Both the position numbers and the translations under genes were made by a program. From the NCBI GenBank assembly GCA_013239625.1, contig MU053810.1, positions 6,296,122-6,360,121 of the forward strand: 64,000 nucleotides of DNA, written 5' to 3'. This stretch comes from Lama guanicoe. Its lineage: Eukaryota. Positions 26,857 to 40,131 of this stretch are shown piece by piece (position 1 is the stretch's first letter; every line of letters starts with the position of its first letter). The notes under the pieces were generated by a model. The model was not told the DNA's origin and ran no database searches. It saw only the letters and a list, made by a program, of their open reading frames with translations.

Positions 26857-26929
26857 TTTCCTTTTATTTCTAATCTGTCCTTTCAAAGCCTGGATTGCTG
26901 AGATGAGATGGTCTCTTTTACTCAAACTT

Positions 26930-27795
26930 TTTTTTTTTAAATTATGGTGAAACACACACAACATAAAATTTACCATTGTAATCATTTTTCAGTGTACAGT
27001 TCAGTGGCCTTAAGTACCTTCATATTGTTGTGCAACCATCACTACCATCTATCTCCTTAACTCTTTTCATCTTGCAAAACTGAAACTCTATCCATTAAAC
27101 GAGAACTCCCCACTCCTCCCTCCCCCAGCCCCTGGTGACCACCTCTATGAATTTGACTCCTTTGGTACCTCATATAAGTGGAACTATACAGTATTTTTTT
27201 TTTATGATTGGTCTATTTCATGAGCATAACGTCCTCAAGGTTCATTCATGTTGTCTGAATTTCCTTCTTTTTTAATGCTGAATCATACTCATGTTATGTA
27301 TACACAACAATTTGTTTTTACATTCATCCAGTGGTGGGAACTTGGGTTGCTTCCACCTTTTGGCCATTGTGAATAATGCTACTATGAACATGGGTGTAGA
27401 AATATCTCCTTGAGCCTTGCTTTTAATTCTTTGGGTATATACCCAGAAATGGAATTTCTGGATCACATGGCAATTGCGTTTTTGAGGAACTGCCATACTG
27501 TTTTCCATTGCAGCCACACCATTTTCCTTTCTCACTGGCGGTGCACAACAGTTCCAATTTCTCATATACTTGTCAACGGTTGTTGTCTTCTGTTCTTTGA
27601 TAATAGTCATTCTAGTGGGGGTGGGAGTGATAGCTCATTATGATTTTGCTTTGTGTTTCCCTAACCATGAGTGATGTTGAGCATCTTTTCATGTGCTTAT
27701 TGGCCATTTGTACATCTTCTTTGGAGAAAAGTCTATACAAGTTCTTTGCCCATTTTTGAATGGGGTTGTTTGGGGTTTTTTTTGTTGTTGTTGAA
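26930..27795 (-). mobile_element. L1 3' end (L1MB-like), sense to GAD2
   Basis: Plus strand TTTTTTAAATTATGGTGAAA...ACATAAAATTTACC...GTGTACAGTTCAGTGG; ORFs 27272..27610 and 27612..27800 are L1 ORF2 C-terminal remnants. Confidence 0.9.
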
Positions 27796-29399
27796 TTCAC
27801 TTGGGCTTTTGCATGAAGATAACAAGACCCCAGAAATTATAAAAGGACCCGCTACCCCAACACACAGTAATCCAGGCCAATTTCACATTCAAGGCATAAG
27901 AACACATTAACCGCCTCCAGCAGCTGTGTGCTGGATGGCTCTCAGGCTTATATTTTGCTGTCCAGAGATTACATTCAGTTTCTTGCAAGCTCAGTGACAT
28001 TGGGTGCACTCCAGGAAGAGAAGTTGGCCTTAAATCCAGCACTCTTCATCCTGGACTTGTGTGGGGGGGTGCTTTTTGTTGTGGAGGCGACAGTCCAGCC
28101 CGGGGTGGGATCAGGAAGGAGGCACTGGTCACTGGCTTGGGCAAACAGTGCATACAGAAAGGCCACCCTGACAAGCCCCTACTGAATCTTTGTGCTTTTG
28201 GTTACTGATTCCGGGTAAGAATCTGAATCTCAATGGCTGTAATCACTGTGCAATTTGGAGAGGGAGAGAGGCTAACCTAGCCCAGCTGTCCTGCATCTGT
28301 GAGCAGCCTCTCACTGTTAACTACAGATCATTAAGCTGCCCAAAAGGAGAGCTGCTTCCTCAATTTACATCTCCAGAGGGCTGCTGACTGGAATTTCAAG
28401 TTACGGTTCCAGAGTGCACTGTCTTCGAACGCCCACTTCGGACTCCTCCAAATTCTTAAATATGCAGCATAGAACTGTTAACATGCATATTTCTAGGGGG
28501 TATGGCTAATACGCAGGAAGAAATCACCTTTATCACAGCAGCAAATAATATAAACCAGTAAACAAGGCACCGAATAGAGGAGTTTTAAAAGCCCAGTTTT
28601 TTTAAGAGCAGTAATGAGAAAGGGTCATTAGTCTCATTTTACAACCTCAGAAAGACAAAGTGGACAATCGTTACCAAGATACTTGGAAATAGGAAGCTTA
28701 ATTGGACTTGGAAAGATGCATGACTCCCCCACCAATAGAAGTGTTCTCTCTTATGTAGTTAGTGGGTCCCTGGACGACCCCAAAAAGAAGGTGCTCAGGG
28801 GAAAACCATGCTAAGTCTGTTACTGCCAGGAGAACACGGAGCCGAGGGGCCAGCTGCCCCGCTGAGCAAGCACACGCTGCCCGAGTCAGGCCCGTCAGTG
28901 TATGAGCTCATAAGCACTGTTAAAATCAAACACAAACGGAGCCCTGAAAATTCCCCGAACAGACAAACCCAGTGTAATCAGACAAGCAAAGCTTCATTTA
29001 GCTTACGCTGCAAGACAAGTGAGGCTCACTTGACCTGGGTCACTTCTCAGGCCTCTGAAAATTGTAAGTGGGGCTTAAATTATTCTCGCCAGTTGACACG
29101 AGGTAACCACTAAACGATCCCCTTTCATCTGATAAAATTCTAACGTGGTAACCAGTCACTGTGAAGAATCAACAGTCCCCACCGGCACAAGATTCGAGCT
29201 TCTTTCTCACCACACACCTCTGCCTCAGCCCATGCTCTGGTCTGTGTGCGCCTGGCTTGCAAGCTGTCTTTTTGGTGTGTGCACAGCACACTTTTACTAA
29301 TTAGGACTTCAGTGATTCACTGGTTTTGTTTGTTTTTTTTTTCCCCCTGAACTTTTGACAGCACTAAATAGCTAAATGGCACGTGGGGGATAAGTAAGA

Positions 29400-30130
29400 G
29401 ATTTGGTGCACGCGGTCAGTGAGAGGAAGCAGTCTTGTCTGGTCTTTAATGAGGAAGAATGGGGATTCTCAAATGAGGAGCAATTACCTAGGACAATGGT
29501 TCACAAGACCGAATGCCACACATTTAAAGGAAGACACGTGCCCAAATAGGAAGCTTTTCAAGATGGAGAATAAAGGCATGAAAAAGAAGATTAGGTACCG
29601 AACACTGAGTCTGTTTATATATTCAGGGAAGGGAGAGGGAAATAGCTAAATGTTATCCAGAAAAAGCAAGGGACCTTGGAAAGAAGGAACTTGAGTGGGG
29701 GAAAAAAAAAGACTACCTAGTGAGGAAGAGACAGCGAAGACGGCTTAAATGGCAGGACTCTGTGCTGGTGAGACAGTGCACCGAGAATCATTTTGCATCC
29801 CTGGCACCATGTTTAATGGAACCACTTGTTGACTAATCAGAGCAGAGGGCAGCATCCTGCAAGCTGTGGGGCCTGGGCACCAGGAATCTAAAGAGAGCTC
29901 AGAGGATGCTTAGTAAGAGCAGAGGGCACAGGGGACATGTGACGTGGGTGGCCTTCACATCAGAAGGGCTGTGCCAGGGTCGGGGGCAGAGGGACAGACT
30001 GCTCTGGGTGACTTCAGAAGATAAAACCACGAACAAAATATAGAAGCTACAAGGATTTTGATGTGTCCCCAAATTATCAAGACTCTTGTACTGATCAGTT
30101 GTCCATCAATGGAGTGGCTGGGGGATATGA
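29400..30130 (+). mobile_element. Ancient L3/CR1 fragment
   Basis: Degenerate CR1-like motifs (CTGGCACCATGTTTAA, GCCTTCACATCAGAAGGGCTGT, GTTGTCCATCAATGGAGTGGCTG). Confidence 0.4.
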
Positions 30131-30799
30131 GTTAATGAAGAGCCCACTTCTCTCCCCGTAGAATCTAGTGACTACTTAGGACTAAATCATATTTCTAGTC
30201 AAGGGTAACAGATGTTAAAAACCCGTATGATTTTTATTTTATACTAAATAGAAAATTCAAGGTTGATAGAAGATTAAGTTCTCTATCTTAAAAAAATATA
30301 TATCATAAGTAATCTAGCTCCAGGTTACATAATTTAAAATATTTGCAATTAAATATGGGATTTTATAGTTATAAAATAATTGTGATGTTAAGGTAAGCAG
30401 GCCTTCTGGGCTTGAGAAGGATGAGATTATCCAGAGTAAGAATGTGTGACAATGACAGCCCATTCCACCCGGCCCCACGACCGGAGAACGTGCCTCAGTC
30501 CCTTCCTTCTTTAACGTGGACAGTAAATCTCACCTGTCTTCAGGGATGGTGGGAGGGTGCACAGGGCAAGAGTGGAAAGCTCTGGCACAAATCATTGCCA
30601 GTTTCTCTTCCTCTCTCACCATTCAAATAAGCAGTTGAGACAGCTGCGTTAATTCTTTCAAGCCATTGTTGGTCACGTCCAGATATTTAACTGAGGCTCA
30701 AGTTCAGCTGCCTTGTGGACCACAGATTTCAGGGAAAACCTCTGCTAAGCTAAGGGGACACAAATATCATCAAGACAGCCTTTAGTATCAGCTACCCCC

Positions 30800-31170
30800 C
30801 ACCCACCTCGTCCCCCATCTCCCCTCCTCTCTCACTCTCTACCTGCTGGTAGGGGCCCTTCGTCGTCTTCTGTGAGCTTGCTAAACTTGTTCTTGCCTCT
30901 GGGCCTTTTTATTTGCTGTTCCATTTCTTGGAAAACCCTTCCCTCGTAGACACATATATATCTCGCTCCCTCATTCCATGTAGGTCTCTGCTCTAAATCA
31001 CCTCCACAGAGACCTTTTATGACCATGTTGTAAAATAGCCCACTACGACCCCACTCTCTTGTCACCACATGACGTTAGAGTAAATATTTATTAGTTTACA
31101 GTCTTTCCCCCACTAGAACAGGCTGCATGAGGGCAAAGCCTTTTTGAAGCATTTAACAAGCACTTGTATT
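30800..31170 (+). mobile_element. L2 LINE 3' fragment
   Basis: CTCTGGGCCTTTT...GCTGTTCCATTTCTTGGAAAACCCTTCCC...CTCTAAATCACCTCCACAGAGACCTT...CCCACTAGAA. Confidence 0.65.
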
Positions 31171-34100
31171 TGGCCATGTGCTCAGAGAACAAGTCCAGGG
31201 AAATAGCTAGTATTTATTGCCATAAATCTCTGGCCACAAATCTCAATGTTTTGGTGTGGCTTTGGTGGTTGGGGCCAGATGATGGTGGCTCAGATGGACT
31301 CCAGTGCCTCTAATCTAAGGCTCATTCTAAAAGCGAGCCCAGAGGTCTTCTTGGCACCCACCCCAGAAAGCCTAATGTAGGGTCCTTCCCAAGCAGGAGG
31401 CAGCTATGGGCCCTTCTGACCAGACTAGCTGCTTGGGGGAAGAGAGAAGCAACCCAAAGCCTTCAAATAAACAAAGAGAAGGGACACACTAGGTTGGAAG
31501 TCTCAGCTCTTTAACTCTCCTGACGTTCCAGCCAAAGCTTTACCTTTTAGTGCCAAGGTCTATCAATCGTCCTTGGACTTGATCTTTTTCTACCAACAGT
31601 CCTTCCCTTGGTGGGTGGAGGGAATGGCGCTAGTGTGTGGGAACACAGAACAGAGGTGGAGGGATCACGCATCATTATACACCACGGATTCCCAACAAGG
31701 AAATCTAGAAGCCCAACCTGTGGCTGAGCTGCAGTCTGCTTCTTTGACCCGCCCCACGCCTTGGAACGCCCCCTCCCGCATCAGTGACTGGACCAGCAGT
31801 CCTCTCCTGTCCGCCTGCTTTTCCGTACCCTCTCCTGACACTCAGTAATTTACCTCCTTTACTGTCTTAGAGAAACTGGTAGCCCTTGCTCCGGTTTCTG
31901 CTCATCAAATGACCTCAAAGAGCATACTGCCTCTGAAAGCATCTGACTCACAAAGAAGCTTGTACTCTGTGAGCCCGCCTCACTCATTTCTAGTTATTAT
32001 GATTTGGAGGGAGGCGATTACCAGCCCTGTTCTTCAGAGACTCCGTGTGAGTCAGAGGTGGTAACAGACCTGCACGCAGGGCATTTCTGTGAAGCTACCA
32101 CCTCATCATTCACACTCAGATCTATAGTTTAAAGTCACCCCATTGTGAGCTTGTGTCCTAAGTGTCTTTTAAGAGAAAGGAATGGCGTGTACTGGGATTA
32201 AGTAGACCCAGTGGTGACATGCGGTGACAGATGGGGACACTGGCATGAAGCAGGGATTCAGTCACATGAAAGCAATTATTTCCATGATTTAGGATCCTGA
32301 GAAGAGTGAAATGAAAGTGTGTAATGGGAAAAGGTCATTTGAGACAAAATGACCGGCTCTGTTTGGGCGAGTTACTCTCTCATTCTGAGCCGTTGTTAGC
32401 TCAGTGGCGGTGATGAGTTTCCCCCTCGCTGGTGTGCGAAGTGTAGCTACTGAGTGTGAAGTCCCTGTGGATCGTGGGCATCAACAGAGGCTCACAAAGG
32501 TGTGGTCCTTCTAACTCTCCACCCTCCTGCCTAATGTGATGCCATCCTCTGGCCTCCCTGGGTACCTTGAGCAGAATTTTGCAATCTTCAAACAAAAGTA
32601 ACATCGATTCACTTTATGTCTTAAACAGATGCCATATTAGAGCATGGAAAAAAAAATCTCAAAATCATACAAGGAACAACAGAGAACCCAAACTCTCCCG
32701 AAGCTGTGATTCCTTGAGTATTGCTCTGGTATATTGGGAGGGGGACCGTTATCCACCTTAGGAAAATGATTGCCCCCCAGATATGCCTCCATCTTGCCTC
32801 TTGGAGGGGCTCAGCTCTCCCCCCATGTAGGACACCAGTGGCTGGCTGGTCATAAGGGGAGTATTAGCTGCCATTCAGGGAGTCTTAACTGAAGGCCAGG
32901 CATTGTATTATCTCTCTTCATCTTCCCAAGAGCTACGTGAGCTGGGTATTATAACCCCCATTCTATGCATGAGGAAGAAATGAAGTAGGTAATCCAAAGT
33001 CATGTCCTGAGACGTGGCAGAGCAGGGCCTGTCATCATTTTTAGAGCATTCCAAAGCTTATGGGCTTTATCCACTAACCTGAAACAGGTCTACTCCTAGT
33101 CAGGCGACTCCTGACCTGGCTCTTGGAGCAAGGGAGAGTCACCCATGGTCCCGATGTGGACCATGATCTCAGGGGCACTGGGATTAACACGTCCTCTTCT
33201 TGTTTTTCCCTTCTCTGTCACTGCAGTGTACGCTCTTTGAGAGCCGGCACTGGGTCTGTTCTGTCCCCTGCTGTCCCCCCAGTGCCTGGGGCCATGCCTG
33301 GTGTAGCAGCACTGCGTGAAGGGAGGAAGGAGTGAAGGAAACCTCTCTTGGTCCAGCAGCTGGCCTGTGCCTCACTGCCTTGCTCCTCGGTCTCCTGCTG
33401 CAGTGACAAATACCCCTGGGAGAGACAGCATGTAGAGTCACACAGCTCTCAGGTTATTTCCTGAGAGCGGGTTTTGATGGGATTGGGTGGGAGAGAAAAT
33501 AACAGGGGGGCGATGAGGGCCCTGCGACGAAAAAGAGGCAGGAACGTGGAGGTGGGGCCGGGGCGCCAAAGGGGAACCGACTTTGGTTCACAAGTTCACT
33601 TTCGAACGTTCTGTCAGTGGTTCTGTCTAATGAGCAGCATTCCATACATGGGAGCTTCTCCCAAGCTGCCTGGGTCACTATCAGGCTTTTGTTTTTAACA
33701 TAAAGGATGTCTGTTTTGGGCATGGACACCCTCTCAAAAAGTGTTGTGATAGGAAAACCATCTTTCTAAAGCAATTAGGAGCATCACCCCCTCCTCCCCC
33801 CAGACATGGGCTAAGGCCACAGGGGGCCTCAGCAGCACACTGCTGATGGGTTCTAGGAGACGGGGACGTGAGCTGGGCCTGGCGTGTCAAGAGTGGGGTG
33901 AGTTAGTTATGGTGATTTGCCTAAAAGATCCCAGTGTCTGTTGCGGTCATAAGGAACACTTTTCCTAGATGCAATTATGCTGTTTCATTGAGGCTACTTC
34001 TGGAAGAGGCTGTGTCACACGAGGACATAAGAGAAATTTGGAATTAAGCTCATGGTTGGGGCGTTCAAAGGATTTAGAGAGAGAGAGATGTGAATTACTG

Positions 34101-36544
34101 AGCTGGGATCTTGGTTTCCCTCTAAACCTACTTGCAAGAAAGGACCTAAAATTCATCGGATTAATCTTTGAGAAGCTTTTCAATCACTGAATTTGATGAG
34201 ATTCCAGCAAAGGATGAGCACTGAACCCTGTAATCTTTAAGATCCCCTCCAATTCTGTGATTCTCTATTTTGGAAGAAAATAATCTTGTAACTCTTTACT
34301 CAAAACTCAAACGCTAGCTCTTGTTTCCACTCAGTGATTTATGTCCTTCTGTCCTTCATCACAGTACTGAGTGTTTGATTTAGTTCTATTTGAATTTCAA
34401 GAAAACAGTCTGCTTTGAACCAACAAAAACAGCTTGTCCTCCTTATCAGCTAGGGAAAGTTCTAGTCTGTTTTGGTGACCAGAAAAGTGACGGTAGCCTT
34501 GTGGGATGTGACAGAGAGAGAGGGAAGTGCCGCCTAGAAGCAGAGGATGACCCTTTCCCTTCTGAGTGTGAGAATTTTCTGGCTGGATGCTGGAAGGTTT
34601 CTCAAATGCTGTTTCCATCTCTATGGCTCTGAACATGTCCAGTTATAAACTCTGTGCTCAGAATGGAAGACAGGACAGTAACGTGACCTGGTTCAATAGA
34701 TCAGGAAATTATATTAGCACTAGAATGACTAACATGAGGAAAACAGAATTTGAGAAAAGATGCTTCAAGTGAATGTAGAACAGTCAGCTAGAGTTGCGAC
34801 CAGGTCATCCAAACTAGTATCTGAAAGCAGTGTTGGGATTGTTGGAAAACTGAGGCTCTCGGTCTGACCTTGCCATGGACTGGCCATGAAACCTTGGCAA
34901 GAACGTCTTCCATCTCTGGGGCTTGGTTTCCTCATCCATAAGACACGGTGTTGTTGCAGTTAAGTTACCTAATATTTATGTAGCTCTCTCTATGTCCCAG
35001 GAACCGAGGGAAGTGATTTTTAAGGCTCTCATTTGATTCTCTGAGACTTGGGCCATGGAAACTCTCAAGGAGAGTGAGGAGGGGCCACATGTGAAGCAGC
35101 TTCTGCCTCAGCCGTTGGCCTCCCTGGGCCCCCTGGATCCACATGGCATCTCCACCACCCTCTCTCCCTGCAGGTCAAGGGATTCAGGAATGCAGAAACG
35201 GAAACCGGCCCGGAGAAAAGGCATTTCAGACTTGATTCGGTAATTTTCTTTCTTTAGCCTGTGAAGATCTATTTCTGGGGCTGAAGGAGACAGTGATTGT
35301 AAAATCCGAAAAGACTTAGGAAATATCTGGCCGGGCCTGCAGTTGGAAGGAGCCATACTGAGTGATGAACGGGATGGAATGGCCCTGAGGTCTGGAGCCC
35401 AGAAGCAAATAGAAGCAGGGGTTGCGCTACCTCTTAACCTGGAGCTCCAAGGGCAGGACCCACTTTTCAGGGCTCATCTGTCCAGAATGGGTTGGATCAA
35501 GTGCCCAAGGAGACAGTGGAGTGCTTTCAATCAAGCTCTGACAGCCCCCTCCAGCCCAATCCTATGAGGTAATGAGGGGGATTTTTTTGGTGGGGGGATA
35601 GATGAGGAACAGTTTAGCATCATCTTTACATGAAGAAAAAACTCTTGGTGTTAATTTGATTTGGGAAGGTAGAAAATGTTAAAGCAACTGATGAGCTGTG
35701 GTTTATAAAACTCTGTCACAGAATCATTTAATCTGGTTTCTGCATTGGTGGTCATGGCAGAGCCCTCACTGGTCTGGGATTCAGGAAATCTGTTTTTTTC
35801 CTGGCTCTATCTACCCACTAACTGCAGCCTCTTCATTTAAAAAAGTGCTCAGACACTTTTTAAAACAATCTCTGTTCTGTCTGGCGCATAAGGTTGTTGC
35901 AAATCAAATGAATTTGTGTCTACTGGAAGCTGGAAATGGTCAGTAGCAATCAGATATAGGGTATTGTGCATTAGAAGGATAGCTCATCTGTCAAAATAAG
36001 CCTCAAGTTAGAAACAATTGGTATTTCAGGAAAGGTTCACAACTCTTGAATGTCCCTTCATGATTATGGGCAAGGATAGAAACACCAAGAGGAGGAGGGG
36101 ATATCAGATGGTGGTTGCAGAACCATTTCTTTCTGAATCACCTTTTGTTCCTTAGAAAATGGAGAAACAGACCCCAAGTTGGCAATATCAAGAAAAAGAG
36201 GCGTGGCCAAATTATCCTCTGATCACGTGACCTGGACTTTCTGAGCAACATTAAGTGAACTTACATTAAACTTGAGCGCAAGAAGCTCGTGCAGAAATCA
36301 GAGAGCACAAGGAAGCTTGCCGGTAGGTCAACCTCATTTCAGGTTGTGGGAACAGCATGGAAGCCAAGAGAAGAAGATGCCCAAGGGAAGACCATCTGGG
36401 TGTTTGGAGGCTGAGAGTAACGTGCAGCTGTTTAAGGATCCAAATCACTTTAGATAAATAGTAAATGGAGGACACATTACATTATGTCTTTCCACCCTCG
36501 GAGAAGCTCAGAACTGAGAGCTAGCTCATGGTGGGGAACTTGGC

Positions 36545-37057
36545 TTGGGAGGCTGAATAATGTGGTCTCCACAGAGATGTCCACATCCTACTCCCTGAAA
36601 CCTGTGAATATGTTACCTTATGTGGCAAATGGAGCTTTGCAGATGTGATTAAATGAAGGATCTTGAGATGAAAGAGTCTCTGGGTTATTGGGGTGGACCC
36701 AGCGTAATCACAAGGGTACGTATACGAGAAAGAGGGAGACAGGAGAGTCTGAGCCAGAGAGGGAGATGTGGTAACTGAAGCAGTGGTCAGAGAGAGAGAG
36801 AGAGAGAGGGATTTGAAGATCTACTGCTGCTGGTTTTGAAGATGGAGGAAGTGGCCATGACCCAAGGAAGGCAGGCAGCCCCTAGAAGCTGGAAAGGCAA
36901 GGAAATGGATTCTCCCCGACAAGCTCCAGAAGGAACACAGCCCCGCCTGACCCACTGTAGATGTCTGACCTCCAGAACTGTAAGATAATGAATTCATGCT
37001 GTTTTAACTCATGAAGTTTGTGGTAGTTTGTTCCAGCAGCAATAGGTAAATGAAACA
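36545..37057 (+). mobile_element. MaLR solo LTR (MLT1D-like)
   Basis: GGCTGAATAATG...CCTGTGAATATGTTACCTTATGTGGCAAA...GAAGCTGGAAAGGCAAGGAAATGGATTCTCCCC...CTGACCTCCAGAACTGTAAGATAA...GCAGCAATAGG. Confidence 0.85.
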
Positions 37058-37282
37058 TCAAGTGGCTTCAGGTTGTAGTCTTCTCTGCTACATTTGATGT
37101 CTATAAACTGAGGAAGGGCATTAAAAAAATTAAAATGCTGAAACGTGACTAAAAACAAGATGCTAAAGATAATGTGTTAAAATAAATCATTAGTTTCCTT
37201 TAATTCCGTGGCTAGTGGAGTGGTTGTGAATTGTAATCACTGGCTTCCAATCTGTACTTGCCTTTTGTTTCCTTGTTATGAA

Positions 37283-37288
37283 CTCTCT

Positions 37289-37327
<39 letters not shown>
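37283..37327. repeat. Compound (CT)n-(AC)n microsatellite
   Basis: Seen directly. Confidence 0.95.
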
Positions 37328-38439
37328 CCCACTTAAATCAGGAAAAAGAAAAGTTCTGTAGTAGATCTGAGGTCCACTATGATCCCCTGCTTCTCCTCAA
37401 CTGACATCTCCTTGTAAGGACCCCCCAGTCTCCATGTAGACCCATCTTCCCTCCCCATCTCCTAGTTCCCCAGCCATCACAGAGCTTTTTGATCTTCTTC
37501 AAGGCAGTTGTTCCCCAGACTCTAGTCTACTTTGAAGCAGGGGTCATGAAGGGACCATCTTAGAAATTACACAGCAGGTAATGCTTACTAATGCCTGTCA
37601 AGACCGGTCTCTGGCTCACTGCAGGGCCCATGTGGCAGGATAGTTCAGAATAAGGGCGTTGCTCAAAGAGCTGCAGTGTGGCTTTGAACCTGTGTGCTAC
37701 TCTATCCTAGCACGTCGGGGAAAGATGGCGGCCTGGCAGGCTAAAGCTGTTTAGTTCCATTTACGAGAACAGATGGGAAGTTGTTTTCAATGTCTAAGTG
37801 GTAATAGGGACAATGGCATTAACCCCTTGAAGGCCATGGAAGGAAGATGAAGCACTGTTGCCTGGAGCTCAACAAAGAAGCCCTGACAGCAGCCTGGCAG
37901 TGGGCAGGAGCCTGTGCTTGGCTGGGACAGATCTGGCCCAGAAATCAGATATGACAGACCTCTACACCATTTCTCTACAGTGATACAACCTCTGGTCAAG
38001 CGAGCTGAAGGGTTACGTGAAGTGCCTCAAGGCACCAAGAGGGTAGAGTATCTGATCAGAGTTTTCTAACAGAAAGATCGTATCAACAGGACACGCTGGA
38101 GTTTTGAGTTATGCAGGAACAGCACTGATGACCCAATGGGTTCAGACTGACTCTGTCCTCTCTCCTCCCCCAGTTCTCCCAACACGTAACATTATCACAG
38201 AGAAGTATGTATAGGAATGAGGGGTAAAAGCACTCTGCTTTCTCTTTGAGTGTTTTCCTGAATTTCAAAGAGAAAGGAGCTTACCCCTTGAACCACCCAG
38301 CTGATCTCTCCCCTCATTTTCTCCCAAGAAGTATCTTCTGGAAAGAGAAACTCTGGGGTAAAGCATTTCCAAATATCATTCCTTCAACTTGAGCTTTACG
38401 AAATATCTCCTTAAACTTGGAAAGAACATTAACACCTAC

Positions 38440-38555
38440 GTGCTCAGATGTGAAGGCGATGAGCCTGGGGACGGCCGCCATTCCTTTCTCCTTGACTTCT
38501 GGGAACATCTTAAAGCGCGCGATGAGCATGGCATACATGTTAGATATGGCGCCAC
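38440..38555 (-). CDS. GAD2: GAD2 exon 7 (116 nt): [39 protein letters not shown]
   Basis: Acceptor TGTAG|GT, donor CAC|GTAGGT; contains PEVKEK; overlaps ORF 38314..38574. Confidence 0.98.
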
Positions 38556-39754
38556 CTACAGTGCAGAGCAACACAGTTACCTTTCCCAGTCATGGTCAAC
38601 ATCATTCACATGCAAGCAACATTCCTTACGTCCACTGACCTAGAGTCCTCCTTGGACACAAGAGAGGACCGTCCTCCTGGCTGTCCTTTGAGTTGAATCA
38701 TCAAAGGCACAAGCTAAGAGGGTCCAGAGAAGGAGCAGTCGGCCCAACCCTAGGATGGGGGCCAGCCTTCCACACCCGCCTCAGTGCCTGGGGTAACTGC
38801 AGTTGATTCTGCTCTTGCCAGGAGCCCTTGGGAGAGGTTTTTAAGAACTTACAAAGTGTTGCCTTACTTCTCAGCTTGAGAGTGTGGTCATTCTGCATTA
38901 AGCCTCTAAAAATCCTACCCATATCCTCATGGAGAAGACATTTCTTTTCATTACAGCTCATGCAAAGCATTGCACCTGGACTGAGGAAGATCAGTTGCTA
39001 TTAATGATGTGGACTGCTAATGGTCCTTATAGGATGAGGATGAACATCCAAGCCCATTTCATCATACTTGCCTGTTGATTCCCCCCGAATGGTTCTCCTT
39101 TTCAAGGACATCATCAGAATACAATTTTAATAGTTAAAATTTCATAATTATAAGAAAACACACAACGAAGGGGACTTTAAGTCCATATTGAATTACTTTT
39201 CAAGGGTCATCCTAAGACTGTCAAGGATTTCGTACTGTAGGGTTTGTAGCTTATAAGTAGAGGCTCATTTGATAAGCAAAGAAAAGTGAGCTTTCCCCGA
39301 GGATTGTTGGAAAGTTTAGGATTCTTGCTATCCAGGTAAAAGACAGATGGTTTTGAATGCAAATGAACAAGCTGGTGTGGGAGTTGTGAGACCATGAGGC
39401 AGAGGGAAGGTACAGTCCCTCCTCCCACCCAAGGGGTCACGCAAGTGCTCCAAGTCCCTTTCCTTCTGGTGGCCGTGGAGCAGAAGGTATCTCTGTACCA
39501 AGGGGAGTGGTCCACGCAGGGCCATGATCTCTGCCTCATGAGCCCTGGGCTCTGACACAAGCAGGCAGCCCTGGCACAGAGCAGTTGTCACCCAGAGCCT
39601 GGATCTGTCATCACTCAGAATGAGGGCAGTTCCTACCTCTTCTGGACCCTAGAGACGCGGGACAAATAGAATCCAGGTCAGGCCTGCTCTGAGCAGACAC
39701 CCTATCTAAAAGGCTGACTGTATAGGATGCTGTAGGGCGAGAGACCAGCTTTTA

Positions 39755-39914
39755 CGGTTTTTAAAAGCCATTTCATTTCATTTATTTAATTTATTGCGGG
39801 GGGAGTTCTTGACTTTTTTTTTAAATGGAGGTACTGAGGGGTGAACCCAGGACCTTGTGCATGCTAAGCATGCGCTCTACCACTGAGCTATACCACCCCC
39901 TATCCCCTGCCCCA
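39755..39914 (-). mobile_element. tRNA-Ala-derived SINE
   Basis: TAGCTCAGTGGTAGAGCGCATGCTTAGCATGCA on minus; TSD AGAGACCAGCTTTTA at 39740-39754 and 39915-39929. Confidence 0.92.
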
Positions 39915-39949
39915 AGAGACCAGCTTTTAAAGGAAGTTCCACTCCAGCT

Positions 39950-40131
39950 CGTGGTTTCTCCATCCTGGCACTCAGGGATATTCTGGGCTGGATGATTTCT
40001 GGTGGGGGCACTTTCCTGGGCATCCTTGGCCACTACTCCCCACCCCCAGTGAGTTGTGATGATCACAGTTTTCTCCAGATACTGCCAAATGTGCCCTGGG
40101 GGGCACAATAGCTCCCAATTAAGAACCACTG
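39950..40131 (-). mobile_element. MER20 (hAT-Charlie) DNA transposon relic
   Basis: Minus strand CAGTGGTTCTTAATTGGG...GCCCCCCAGGGCACATTTGGCAGTATCTGGAGA resembles the MER20 consensus. Confidence 0.8.

Noticed and set aside
39825..39898. tRNA-Ala(AGC)-like sequence, also seen in the other SINE heads
   Set aside because: It has a SINE tail, TSDs and a damaged T-arm/B box, so it is a retroposon rather than a tRNA gene
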